DNA from: Thermoanaerobaculia bacterium
Lineage (GTDB): Bacteria > Acidobacteriota > Thermoanaerobaculia > Multivoradales > JAHEKO01
Assembly (NCBI GenBank): GCA_947259925.1
Contig: CAMYOG010000047.1
Span: forward strand, 21,704 to 85,703
Reading direction: 5' to 3'
Length of the DNA: 64,000 nt
The notes below the pieces were generated by a model. That model was not told the DNA's origin and did no database searches. It saw only the letters and a program-made list of their open reading frames with translations. Shown in pieces: positions 36,279 through 45,871 of the stretch. The translations under genes and the position numbers were made by a program. Every line of letters begins with the position of its first letter. Position 1 is the stretch's first letter.

Positions 36279-38426
36279 GTGCCTGCCGTGATCGAGCTCG
36301 CGGCTCTGCGCAGCAGGTTCGGCCGCCGGCTGCTACTGCTCTTCGTGACTCTGGCCCTGGTGCCGATCCTCACGCTCGCGTTCATCACCTACCGATCGGT
36401 GACGCTGGAGCTGGCCGCCCTGAGCGAGCAGCGCTTGCGGAGCCAGACCAAGGCTCACGCGATGTCGATTCTCGAGCGGCTGGCCCTGCTCGACGGTGAG
36501 CTGGCTCTGCTGGCGGTCGGATCGACGTCGGCGCCACCGACGGCGATTCCTCTTGATCTCGAGCAGCCGATCGCGGTGCGCTTCAAGCGGTTGTCGTGGG
36601 TCGTCGGAGAAGAGGAGGGATCGATTCACGGAGGTCTCGTCCGCCGGCCCGCCCTGAGCCTCGAGCAGCGTCTCCATCTGGCGAGAGAGCGTGCGCTCCT
36701 CGTGCTGGCCGATGCCGCCGACACTCCGCGGCTCCTGCTCGCGCGGACGTTTGCCACCGACCAGCGCGGTGTCGAGGGAGAGCTCTGGAGCGAGATCGAC
36801 CCGAGCTATCTCTGGTGGGGCCGCTACCGAGAGAATCACCTGCCGGCGATGACCGAGCTGTGCGCCGTCCAGCCGACGCTCGATCGGACGCTGATGTGCT
36901 CTTCGGAGCAGCCGGCCGATCTGACCGCCGACATCCGGCTGCGGATGAGAACCGAAGCGTTCGGCGAGTTCGGCTGGTCGCGCGCCGGAGAGCGTCATCA
37001 GGCGCAATACCGGACCCTGAAGCTGGACGATCTCTACGGTCACACCGGTTTCACGGTGGTCCTGAGCGAGTCGGTTGCTCTACTGGGTGGCCCTCTGCGT
37101 GACTTCCGAGTCTCCTTTCTGCCGATCGTGCTGACGACGCTCTGGGTCGTGCTGCTCTTGAGCATTCGACAGATCCGTCGCGGTCTGAAGCCTCTGGAGA
37201 TGCTGCGCGAGGGCACCGCCGCGATCGCCGAGCGCGAGTTCTCGACCCGCGTCCAGATCGCCAGCGGCGACGAGTTCGAGGATCTGGCGGGCTCGTTCAA
37301 CCTTATGGCTCAGCGACTCGGCACCCAGTTCGAAGCTCTGGGAGCCCTGACGGAGATCCAGAGCTCGGTGCTGTCGGCCGACGGTCGTGCGGAGATCGCG
37401 GCGGCGGTGCTCACCAGGCTCGGGCGGCTTCTTCCCTCCCGGGTCGCTCAGCTCGCAGTATTGGACCCGGCCGCTCCCCAGCAGATAGAGCTCTACAGCT
37501 TGTTGCCGGGAGGTCGGCTCGCGACCGAGGAGCATCTGATTCACGCCGAGGACACCTGGTGGCTGCAGGAGAGCTCCGAGATCCGGATCGTCGATCGATC
37601 CGAGCGGCTCCCCGGCTTCCTCTCGAGTCTCAGATCGGGCGGCGAGGAGAGCGTCGCGGTGGTCCCGATCGTGCTCGAGTCGAGGATCGCGGGCGTCCTG
37701 GCGGCCAGCCTCGAGCCAGGCAAGGCCCTGAGCGAGGATGATTTCGGTCCGATGCGCCAGCTCGGCGACCAGATCGCGCAGGCGCTGTCCAAGGCGGCTT
37801 TGATCGCGGAGCTCGAAGAGCTCGGCCTGGGCACGCTGCAGGCGCTGGCGAGGACGATCGATGCGAACTCCAGGTGGACGCTGGGTCACTCGGAGCGAGT
37901 AGCCGAGCTGGCGACCCGCCTGGGTAGGAAGATGCGCCTGTCGAAATCGGATCTCGACCTCCTGGCGCGCGGAGCGCTGTTGCACGACATCGGCAAGCTC
38001 GGCGTTCCCGCGAGCATCCTCGACAAGCCGTCGAAGCTCACCTTCGAGGAGCGCCAGATGATCCAGCGGCACGTGGAGATCGGCGTGCGGATTCTGGAGC
38101 CGGTGCCGAGCCTCGCCGACGTCCTACCGCTGGTGCGGCAGCACCACGAATGGTGGGACGGCCGCGGCTACCTGGAGGGGCTCAGCGGCGAGGAGATTCA
38201 TCCGCTGGCCCGGCTGCTCGCCGTCGTCGACGTCTTCGACGCGCTGCGCTCGCCCCGACCGTATCGGGACGCGCTCGACCAAGCGGAGATCAGGACCCAC
38301 TTGCGGGAACAGGCCGGCAAGCAGTTCGATCCGGTGATCGTCGGTGCCTTTCTCGAGCTGCTCGGCGAGGTCGGCGCGCAGGAGCTCCCGAATATCGCCG
38401 ACGGCGCCGGAGCCCCTCCCGGCTAG
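36279..38426 (+). CDS. Membrane-anchored HAMP-GAF-HD-GYP c-di-GMP phosphodiesterase
   Basis: N-terminal TM, HAMP-like region, GAF-like region, and HD-GYP catalytic domain (HSERVAELA...LLHDIGKLGVP...HHEWWDGRGY). Confidence 0.85.
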   Translation: MPAVIELAALRSRFGRRLLLLFVTLALVPILTLAFITYRSVTLELAALSEQRLRSQTKAHAMSILERLALLDGELALLAVGSTSAPPTAIPLDLEQPIAVRFKRLSWVVGEEEGSIHGGLVRRPALSLEQRLHLARERALLVLADAADTPRLLLARTFATDQRGVEGELWSEIDPSYLWWGRYRENHLPAMTELCAVQPTLDRTLMCSSEQPADLTADIRLRMRTEAFGEFGWSRAGERHQAQYRTLKLDDLYGHTGFTVVLSESVALLGGPLRDFRVSFLPIVLTTLWVVLLLSIRQIRRGLKPLEMLREGTAAIAEREFSTRVQIASGDEFEDLAGSFNLMAQRLGTQFEALGALTEIQSSVLSADGRAEIAAAVLTRLGRLLPSRVAQLAVLDPAAPQQIELYSLLPGGRLATEEHLIHAEDTWWLQESSEIRIVDRSERLPGFLSSLRSGGEESVAVVPIVLESRIAGVLAASLEPGKALSEDDFGPMRQLGDQIAQALSKAALIAELEELGLGTLQALARTIDANSRWTLGHSERVAELATRLGRKMRLSKSDLDLLARGALLHDIGKLGVPASILDKPSKLTFEERQMIQRHVEIGVRILEPVPSLADVLPLVRQHHEWWDGRGYLEGLSGEEIHPLARLLAVVDVFDALRSPRPYRDALDQAEIRTHLREQAGKQFDPVIVGAFLELLGEVGAQELPNIADGAGAPPG

Positions 38427-39856
38427 CCGGGAGGTGTCTTCGTCTCCGAGCCGTCGTCCGCCTCGTAGGTCCGTCCGAAGCCGGTCAGCGCGGCGATCAG
38501 CATCACGCCAGCCAGGAACCAACCGTGCAGCACGAACGGCCAGACGTCGGTGGGCGAGACCGCGGTCACGAAGTCGTACTGCGACTCGAGGTTGCGGATC
38601 GTCTGGTAGCCGATCAAGACGCCACCGCCCCACGGGAAGATGTAGCCGAGCGCCGAGGTGACCGCGTCGAGAAAGTTGGCGCGGCGGTACGGATGGAGCT
38701 TGAAGCGCTTGCCGAGGCGCGAGACCACCGGCGCGGCGGTGATCTCGGCGGCGGTATTGATGGTGATGAAGACGTTGAGCGAGAAGACGATGCCCCAGAT
38801 GACCGCCTCCGCTCTGGCGACCGAGCTCTTGATCACCGAGACCAGCGATGCGATCAGCGAGTCCATCGCGCCGCCCAGGCGCATGATGTGACTGCCGGCG
38901 ATGATCAGCAGGATCAGGATCGACATCGCCAGATAGCCGGCGATGCCGTCGACCAGCGCGCCGCCGACCAGCTTCTGCTCGAGATCGAAGTAGATGACGT
39001 CCGCGGGCTCGAGGAGTCCCAGCGGGATGCCGATGGCGGTCGACACGAGGATGCCCCAGGTCAGGGTCACCAGGATGTGGTGCCCCGAGAGCGCGAGGAA
39101 GATCACCAGCGCGAATGGCGCTAGGAGTGCCAATCCGGCCGGCGAGGCCGACTCGGCGAGCAGCCCCGCGGCCCGCGAGCGGTCGACGTCGCCGCCTCCG
39201 CCGAGAGATGTCAGAAGAACGAGAGCCGGGATTGCCGCGACGATCGCGTACTTGAACCGCGAGCGGACGACGCCCGGGATGTCGGTCTCCTGGGTGGTCG
39301 CCGAGACCACCGTGGTGTCCGAGACCGGCGCCAGGTTGTCGCCGAACGCGGCGCCCGAGAGGATCGCCGCGAACAGCCAGACAGGATCGGCGCCCATGAT
39401 CAGCCCGGCGGGGAACATCAGCGTGCAGAAGGCGACGGTAGTGCCGTAACCGGTGCCGACCGCCGACGAGAAGACCGCCGCGAGCAGGAAGGTGGCGCCC
39501 ACGAAGAGACCCCCGGTGGCGTTCGAGGCGCCGCCCAGCCAGACCAGCCCGTCCACCAGCCCGCCGGCGCGCAGCACCTGGGCGAACATCCCCGCCCAGA
39601 ACCAGGCGATGATCGTCACCGCGGCGATCGGGTTGGCCATCCCGTTCATCACTTCCTTGGCGTAGAGCTCCCACTTGTCGCGGCAGAGGAACATGCCGAG
39701 GACGATGCCGATCACGGCGCCCAGGATCAGACCCTTCTCGTCGGGAGTGCCGCCGACGCAGATGTAGATCGCCCAGCCGATGAAGAAGAGCAACGGCAAC
39801 GCCGACGAGAACTTGCCGCCGTGAAAGCTCAGGGTGGGCGCGGGGGTTTCGGGCAT
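38423..39856 (-). CDS. Na+/H+ antiporter NhaC-family transporter (putative)
   Basis: 477 aa, about 11 TM helices, with a size and profile typical of the NhaC family. Confidence 0.6.
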   Translation of the reverse strand: MPETPAPTLSFHGGKFSSALPLLFFIGWAIYICVGGTPDEKGLILGAVIGIVLGMFLCRDKWELYAKEVMNGMANPIAAVTIIAWFWAGMFAQVLRAGGLVDGLVWLGGASNATGGLFVGATFLLAAVFSSAVGTGYGTTVAFCTLMFPAGLIMGADPVWLFAAILSGAAFGDNLAPVSDTTVVSATTQETDIPGVVRSRFKYAIVAAIPALVLLTSLGGGGDVDRSRAAGLLAESASPAGLALLAPFALVIFLALSGHHILVTLTWGILVSTAIGIPLGLLEPADVIYFDLEQKLVGGALVDGIAGYLAMSILILLIIAGSHIMRLGGAMDSLIASLVSVIKSSVARAEAVIWGIVFSLNVFITINTAAEITAAPVVSRLGKRFKLHPYRRANFLDAVTSALGYIFPWGGGVLIGYQTIRNLESQYDFVTAVSPTDVWPFVLHGWFLAGVMLIAALTGFGRTYEADDGSETKTPPG

Positions 39857-39934
39857 GAAAGCTCCTCCGAAAGCGGCCCGAGCTTACAGGAGGCCCTTTG
39901 CCCGCTGGGGCGAGTGGTGATCTCCGGCGCCCGC

Positions 39935-40204
39935 TCAGAAAGGCCAGATCTGCGGGATCAGGAGCGACGCCAGGATCCAGAAGATCAGATTGAGCGGACC
40001 GTCCAGTCGCAGGTAGTCCGAGAACCGGTCGCGATCACCGCCTTGTTGCTGAAGCCGGCGAGCGCCTGGTCGACCTCGACAGTGCCGGTGATCAGCGGGA
40101 CCCAGCAGGCCGAGCGCGCTCACCTCGATCGGGAAGCTCTCGCGGACAAAGGCGACCAGTGCCAGCACCGGCAGTGCCAGCATGAACAGGATCTCGCCGG
40201 TCAT
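39935..40204 (-). pseudogene. Possible transporter remnant (N- and C-terminal TM helices joined by low-complexity linker)
   Basis: 89-aa ORF: a TM helix ([16 protein letters not shown]), a Gly/Arg-rich stretch, then a terminal TM helix ([17 protein letters not shown]). No RBS. Confidence 0.2.
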
Positions 40205-40207
40205 GGC

Positions 40208-42409
40208 TCAGCCGCCGCTGCCCAGGCCGCTGAGAGTGACCGTGCCGTCGGCGCCGGCGTTGTGGCGGATGCGCAGGGTGGCTCGCCGGCTGCCGTTGGC
40301 GGCGGCGGTGAACCGCACCCCGATCGTGCAGCTCCCCCTGGGGGCCACGTAGGGAGCGCCCTCGCAGGTGCCGGGGACCAGCCTGAACTCGCTCGCCTGC
40401 GCACCCTCGATCGCTATCTGACGGAGCTCCAGCCGTCCGTCGCCCGGATTGCTGACGGTGAGGGTCTCGACCGAGCTGCGCGAGCCGACCTGCCGGGTGC
40501 CGAAGTCGATCGAGCGGGTGGAGAGCCTGAAGCCCGGAATGGCCGGCATCGCAGTGCCGAGCAGCGCGACCTCTCGCGACGGGCCGTCGCCGTCGTGCTG
40601 GATCACCAGCCGTGCGGCACGCGCGCCGTCCGCGCGGGGGACGAAGCGAACGGTCGCCTGGCAGGAGGCGCCCGGGGCGATACCGCTCTCGCCACAACCG
40701 ATGGCCGAGACCACGAAATCGGCAGCCGCACCGCCGGTGACCGACATCCGCTGGATCCGGAGCCGCGTGCTGCCGTCGTTGCGCAGGGTCAGGGTCTGGT
40801 TGGCCGATCCGGGTCGTCGCACCGAGCCGAAATCGAGCCGCTGGCGATCGAGCGAGAGCTCGGCGCTGGTGCCGCGCCCGACCAGGGTGATCGTCTGACG
40901 GCCTCCCGCCGCGTCGCTCTGGACGTCGAGCGCGGCCTGCAGCTCTCCCTTCCGGCTCGGCCGGAAGACGACCTCGATCGTGCAGGTCCGGCCGGGCTCG
41001 AGGGAGAATCCGGAGCAGCCGTCCTTGCCCTTGCTATAGGAGGACCGCGCCGGACCGCCGAGGGTGGCGTCGCCGAACGCCAGGGTAGTGGTGCCGGAGT
41101 TGCTCAGCACCGCCCGCCGCCGTTGCTCGAAGCCGACTCGAAGGTCCCCGAAGTCGAGCGAGCTCTTCTCGACGCTCAGGCGAGGCTCGACACCGACCCC
41201 GGCCAGCTCGACGGTGGTCTCGAGGCCGGCCGCGGTGAGCACCGCGACCGTCGCCGTCGTCTTGCCCTCGTTCGGCGGCCGGAACCGGAGCGCGACGCCA
41301 CACTCCTTGCCTGCGGTTAGGGTGGTCTGACGGCAATCCTGGCTGTCGATCGTGAATCCCGAATCGCCGGCGTCGAGCCGCACGTCGCCGACCTCGACCG
41401 GCTGACTTGTGCGATTGATGAACGCGACACGGCGCGGCTCGCTCGCCCGGCCACGGCGCTGGCGACCGAAGTCGAGCTCGGGCGGCGCGGCGTCGAGTGG
41501 CTGACCGCTCCAGACGCCGGACCCCTTGAGGGCGATCGCCGCCGCCTGTCGAGCGCCGTCGCTCTCGATCTGGAGAGAGGCGACGCGCTCGCCCGCCGCT
41601 CGCGGGGTGAAGCCGATGCGCAGGGTGCAGCTGTCGCCCGGCGGCAGCTCGTCCGACCCGCACCGCTCGCCGATCGAGAAGTCGCTGGCGTGCTCGCCGA
41701 CCACCGAGACCGCCGATACCTGCATCGGCGTAGCGCCCTCGTTGCTCAGGGTGAGCGTGCGGCTGGCCGAGCGACCGTCCACCGGCTGAGGCCCGAAATC
41801 GATCTCGGTGCGATCGGCGGTCAGGACCGGCGCCGCCCCGGTACCGGCGACCGCGAGGCGGCCGATGGCATTCCCCTCCAGGTCGAGCCACGCCGATCTC
41901 GGACCGTTGGCCGCGGGCTCGAACCGTATCTCGACGGAACAGCTCTCGCCCGGCCCGAGCGTCGAGCCGCTGCACTCGTCGCCGGCTACCGCGAACTCGT
42001 CGTCGGCGTCGCCGGTGAAGCGGACGCCGGTGAGGCTCATCGCCCGTGAGCCGCCATTGGTCACCGTCACACCGAGCGGCTCGCTCACGCCGCCGACCAC
42101 CTGCTCGCCGAACGCCAGGCTCTCGACCGAGAACGTGGCGGCCGGGGTGGTGAATCGGTAGAGCGCGAAGATCGCAGCGGCCACGGCCAGGAGCAGCACC
42201 AGGAAGAGCGGCCAGCGGCGCTTCTTCTCCCGGCGTCGACGGCCCCGGCGGCGGTCGTGGGGTCGGGCCGGCGCGGCGGGCGGCCGGCGATCCGCCGGCG
42301 GCTCGGACGGCTCAGCCGGGCGATCGAGGGGCAGCTCGGCCTGCTTCTCGTCCCCTCGGAGGGGGAGATCGAGCATGCTCCGTTTGTGGGTGGTGCGTCT
42401 CCTGGCCAA
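40208..42409 (-). CDS. Choice-of-anchor-D domain protein, 6 tandem repeats, N-terminal single-pass anchor
   Basis: Polybasic cytoplasmic tail (RRRGRRRREKKRR) and a TM helix. Six ~95-aa repeats, each with DFG...TLTL.N.G...C.G..L.PG.SCT..V.F.P...G.R.A.L.I. Confidence 0.7.
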   Translation of the reverse strand: MARRRTTHKRSMLDLPLRGDEKQAELPLDRPAEPSEPPADRRPPAAPARPHDRRRGRRRREKKRRWPLFLVLLLAVAAAIFALYRFTTPAATFSVESLAFGEQVVGGVSEPLGVTVTNGGSRAMSLTGVRFTGDADDEFAVAGDECSGSTLGPGESCSVEIRFEPAANGPRSAWLDLEGNAIGRLAVAGTGAAPVLTADRTEIDFGPQPVDGRSASRTLTLSNEGATPMQVSAVSVVGEHASDFSIGERCGSDELPPGDSCTLRIGFTPRAAGERVASLQIESDGARQAAAIALKGSGVWSGQPLDAAPPELDFGRQRRGRASEPRRVAFINRTSQPVEVGDVRLDAGDSGFTIDSQDCRQTTLTAGKECGVALRFRPPNEGKTTATVAVLTAAGLETTVELAGVGVEPRLSVEKSSLDFGDLRVGFEQRRRAVLSNSGTTTLAFGDATLGGPARSSYSKGKDGCSGFSLEPGRTCTIEVVFRPSRKGELQAALDVQSDAAGGRQTITLVGRGTSAELSLDRQRLDFGSVRRPGSANQTLTLRNDGSTRLRIQRMSVTGGAAADFVVSAIGCGESGIAPGASCQATVRFVPRADGARAARLVIQHDGDGPSREVALLGTAMPAIPGFRLSTRSIDFGTRQVGSRSSVETLTVSNPGDGRLELRQIAIEGAQASEFRLVPGTCEGAPYVAPRGSCTIGVRFTAAANGSRRATLRIRHNAGADGTVTLSGLGSGG

Positions 42410-42492
42410 CTCGGTCGCCCCTCGCGGGCCGAGTCTATCCGCCGCGGAAAGAAACTGGGCTCGACTTTTGTTCTAGGTTTCGGGACGGTGGC

Positions 42493-44295
42493 ATGAGCGA
42501 TCAGCTATTCAAGAATCAGCCCGAGACCGGTCTCCGGAGCGCGCCCGCGGGTCGCCCATCCGCGGAGATCGCGGAGTGCCTTCTGGGCGTCTCGACGGCC
42601 CTCAACACGGCCTCGGATCTGGAGTCCGGGCTGCACGAGGTCGCCCGCCTGCTCAAGGGCTACATCGACTACGAGACGTTGGCGATCCTGCTGCTGGACG
42701 AGCTCGGGCACGAGCTCCGCTTCGAGATCGCGGTCGGATTCGACTCCGAGGTGGTCAAGCACTGGCGCTTCGGTCTCGGCCAGGGGATCGTCGGCACCGC
42801 CGCCCAGCGCGGCGAGGTCGTGGTGGCCAACGACGTCGCCTGCGACTCGCGATACATCAACGCCTCCGCCGACGTCCGGTCCGAGATCGCCGTGCCCCTG
42901 ATCAGCAAGGGCCACACGATCGGAGTGCTCGAGGTCGGCGGCTCGCGGCGGGACTTCTTCTCGGCCGAGCGGCAGCGGCTGCTGTCGTTCCTGGGCGACC
43001 ACCTGGCCGCGGCGATCGAGAGCGCGCGCCTGTACCAGAACATGAGCGAGCAGGCGCGCACGCTCTCGCTCCTGCATCAGGTCAGCAGGGAGCTGACCTC
43101 GATTCTCGATCGGCGCCAGCTCGTGCAACGCGTTGCCGAGATGGTCAAGCACCTGGTCAACTACGACATCTTCACCCTCTTCCTTTGGGACGAGCAGCAG
43201 CAGCTCCTCGTACCGTCGCTGTCGATCCGCGGTGACGGTCCGTGGACCGGCCAGAAGATGACCATGGAGATCGGTCGCGGGATCAGCGGCACCGCGGCCG
43301 CCCTCCGCCAGCCGATCCGGGTGCCGAACGTGCACCGCGAGCCGCGCTACGTCTCCTGCAGCCACGACTTCGACGTCAAGTCGGAGCTGGCGGTGCCGAT
43401 GATCTTCAAGGGGAATCTGATCGGCGTGCTCGATCTAGAGAGCGGCAGCTACGACGCCTTCAGCAACAGGGACCAGCAGCTGCTGTCGACGCTGGCGTCG
43501 TCGATGGCGATCGCGCTCGAGAACGCGCGTCTCTACGAGCAGCTCCAGGAAGACGAGAAGCGGCTGGAGAAGGACCTCTCGACCGCACGCGAGGTGCAGA
43601 AACAGCTGCTGCCCACCTCCACGCCCTGGGTCCAGGGAGTCGAGATCGGGTTCGCCTACGATCCGGCCCGGCACCTGGGCGGTGACTTCTACGATTTTCT
43701 GCCGTTCGGCGACGGCCGGATCGCGATCGCGGTCGGCGACGTCGCGGGCAAGGCGACGTCCGCGGCGCTCTACGGCTCGCTGGCGGTCGGCACGCTGCGG
43801 GAGTACGCGGCGGGCCATTCGGGCTTCGGGCCGGGTCGCATCCTGACCGACATGAACCAGAAGCTCTGCCAGCTCGGCTTCGACAATCGCTTCGTCGCGC
43901 TCGGCTTCGGTGTCTACGACAGCCACCGGCGCCAGCTGACGCTGGCGAACTCGGGACTGCCCTTCCCCTATCTGCTCCGTGGCCGCACGCTCCAGAGGAT
44001 CGAGGTCGGGGGCGTGCCGCTAGGTCTGTTGTCGGGGCGGCAATACGACGAAGTGACCATCGACCTCCACGAAGGGGACGCCGTGGTCCTGATCTCGGAC
44101 GGGGTCGAGGACAGTCTGAATTCCTCCGAGGAGGAGTTCGGCCGCGAGCGTCTCGAGGGCACGCTGCAGCGCCTGGCCAGCGGCTCCGCGCGCGAGATTG
44201 CGCGCGGCCTGCTCGCCGCGACCCACATGCACGCGGAGCAGGCCGAGACCTACGACGACCGCACCGTCCTGGTGCTCAAGGTCGCCGGCGAGTGA
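42493..44295 (+). CDS. GAF-GAF-PP2C (SpoIIE/RsbU-type) serine phosphatase
   Basis: Two GAF domains followed by a PP2C domain (GGDFYDF...AVGDVAGKATSAALYGS...LVLISDGVED). Confidence 0.85.
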   Translation: MSDQLFKNQPETGLRSAPAGRPSAEIAECLLGVSTALNTASDLESGLHEVARLLKGYIDYETLAILLLDELGHELRFEIAVGFDSEVVKHWRFGLGQGIVGTAAQRGEVVVANDVACDSRYINASADVRSEIAVPLISKGHTIGVLEVGGSRRDFFSAERQRLLSFLGDHLAAAIESARLYQNMSEQARTLSLLHQVSRELTSILDRRQLVQRVAEMVKHLVNYDIFTLFLWDEQQQLLVPSLSIRGDGPWTGQKMTMEIGRGISGTAAALRQPIRVPNVHREPRYVSCSHDFDVKSELAVPMIFKGNLIGVLDLESGSYDAFSNRDQQLLSTLASSMAIALENARLYEQLQEDEKRLEKDLSTAREVQKQLLPTSTPWVQGVEIGFAYDPARHLGGDFYDFLPFGDGRIAIAVGDVAGKATSAALYGSLAVGTLREYAAGHSGFGPGRILTDMNQKLCQLGFDNRFVALGFGVYDSHRRQLTLANSGLPFPYLLRGRTLQRIEVGGVPLGLLSGRQYDEVTIDLHEGDAVVLISDGVEDSLNSSEEEFGRERLEGTLQRLASGSAREIARGLLAATHMHAEQAETYDDRTVLVLKVAGE

Positions 44296-44357
44296 GCGCG
44301 CAGGTCCGGTCCGAGCCTCGGCTCGGGTGGGCTGTGCATGTATTCACTCTTGCCAAT

Positions 44358-44386
44358 TTGACCATCAAAACCGCCGTCCGTACTCT
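44358..44386 (+). promoter_or_regulatory. Sigma70-like promoter candidate (TTGACC-17-TACTCT)
   Basis: AT-rich island in a 68% GC context. Motifs at 44358-44363 and 44381-44386. Confidence 0.3.
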
Positions 44387-44677
44387 CTTTTCATCGACCA
44401 CGACAAGGGCAACCTCGGCGTGAGCCGGGGACGCAAAGCCAGGGGCCCGCACACGGGCTAGCCGAGCCGCCGAACGGTCTTTCCCGGTCGGACTGGAATA
44501 CCTGCGGGCCGGGGGGAGGTGACCTGACCTCTCGTGACTGGGGTGTTGAGACCGTGAGAAACGGCGGCAACTACGAATACTCGAGGCGGACAGTGTCCGG
44601 GTGGTCGAGGAGCGCCACCAACCGGGGGGAAGAAGAGTGTTGATCTGAGTCGACACTTCGTCGACTTGTCTCTCGTC

Positions 44678-44708
44678 GAGCGGCTCTCCGGAGCCGCTCC
44701 TTTTTCTT
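44678..44708 (+). terminator. Rho-independent terminator (plus strand)
   Basis: GAGCGGCTC-tccg-GAGCCGCTC hairpin followed by CTTTTTCTT. There is no plus-strand CDS within 380 nt upstream. Confidence 0.6.
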
Positions 44709-44719
44709 GGCGCCGGGGC

Positions 44720-45871
44720 TCAGTCGGAGGCGAGGCCGCGGCGATAGAAGACCGAGCCGATGTCGTCGCCGAGGATCTCCAACTCGGTACTCTCCCGCCT
44801 CCGGTTCGGCCCGAACGAGTAGACGTAGTGGAAGCGACGCTCGCCGTCCCGGGTGCACTGCACCCAGTAGGGTGAGTTCCAGGGATCGAGAAAGAAGCGG
44901 GCCCGGTCTTCGGGCAGGCCCTGGGCGACCAACGCCGCGAACCGGCCTTCGTAGAGCTCGTCCTGGTCGTACTTCTCGACGTAGGAATAGACGCGCTTGT
45001 TCAGGTGGCGCTTGCTCAGGCAGATCTCGTTCAGACCGAGAAAGTCGAGTCGCAGAGCGCCGGCTTCGCTCTTGGCGGCCTCGATCAGCTCCGGGCGCCC
45101 GGCCCGCAGCCGTTCCGATCCGAAGGCGAGCAGGGCACCGCCGAGAACGACCACCAGCCACCAGGCCGCGACCTGCACTCGCTGGCGGCCGGCGCTCGAC
45201 CGGGCCGCGGTCCGCCATCGGGCGAGGGGCGGCAACGCCGCGAACAGGAATCCGAGCCCCATCATCAGCTCCACCCATTCGCCGGTGAACTCCCAGGCGT
45301 AGCTCGAATACATGAGGTAGGAGACCAGGAAGATCGGGGTCAGCCAGGGGGAGGGTGCCTTGATCGACCAGGAGTCGAACAGGCGCCGCACCGGCCGGAA
45401 GAGGTAGAGCAGCGGCAGGACGACGCCGTAGCCGAGCAGGACCACTTTCACCGCGAGCTTGCGATAGTCGCTGTCGACCACGTTGTGAACGTTGAGCTCC
45501 TGCTGGAAGTTGTGCTCGAGGAAATAGGCCGGCGGGCGATAGGCGAAGACCCGCTGCGCCCAGGAGATCTCCTCCATCGCCACGAAGAAGCAGAAGAGCG
45601 AGACGCCGGTGAAGAACCAGGGGATCGCGCCGGTCGCACGTCGCTCACGGGCGGCCGCGACCGCGAACAGCCCGGCCGCGACCAGAAAGGCGAGGAAGCT
45701 GGCCCACTCGAGCGCCTGGTCTTCCTGGACGCTCCGATAGTAGAGATCGGCGTCGGAGCGCAGCAGGTACCAGGCCCAGGCGAGCGTTGCCAGAGTCAGC
45801 AGATTGGCGAGGATCGCCGCGCCAGCCTCGAAGGTCTCGACGCTCGCACTCTGGTTCCGGGCCGAGGCCAT
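44720..45871 (-). CDS. Hypothetical membrane protein (multi-TM N-terminal half, soluble C-terminal half)
   Basis: 383-aa ORF with good codon usage and about 8 TM helices. Confidence 0.5.
   Translation of the reverse strand: MASARNQSASVETFEAGAAILANLLTLATLAWAWYLLRSDADLYYRSVQEDQALEWASFLAFLVAAGLFAVAAARERRATGAIPWFFTGVSLFCFFVAMEEISWAQRVFAYRPPAYFLEHNFQQELNVHNVVDSDYRKLAVKVVLLGYGVVLPLLYLFRPVRRLFDSWSIKAPSPWLTPIFLVSYLMYSSYAWEFTGEWVELMMGLGFLFAALPPLARWRTAARSSAGRQRVQVAAWWLVVVLGGALLAFGSERLRAGRPELIEAAKSEAGALRLDFLGLNEICLSKRHLNKRVYSYVEKYDQDELYEGRFAALVAQGLPEDRARFFLDPWNSPYWVQCTRDGERRFHYVYSFGPNRRRESTELEILGDDIGSVFYRRGLASD

Noticed and set aside
44393-44708. tmRNA, RNase P RNA, SRP RNA or 6S RNA identity for the candidate ncRNA
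   Set aside because: There is no tRNA-like 3' end or tag reading frame ending in ...ALAA-stop, no P4 GGAAAGUCCGG-type motif, and no SRP domain IV motif. The length is too great for 6S.
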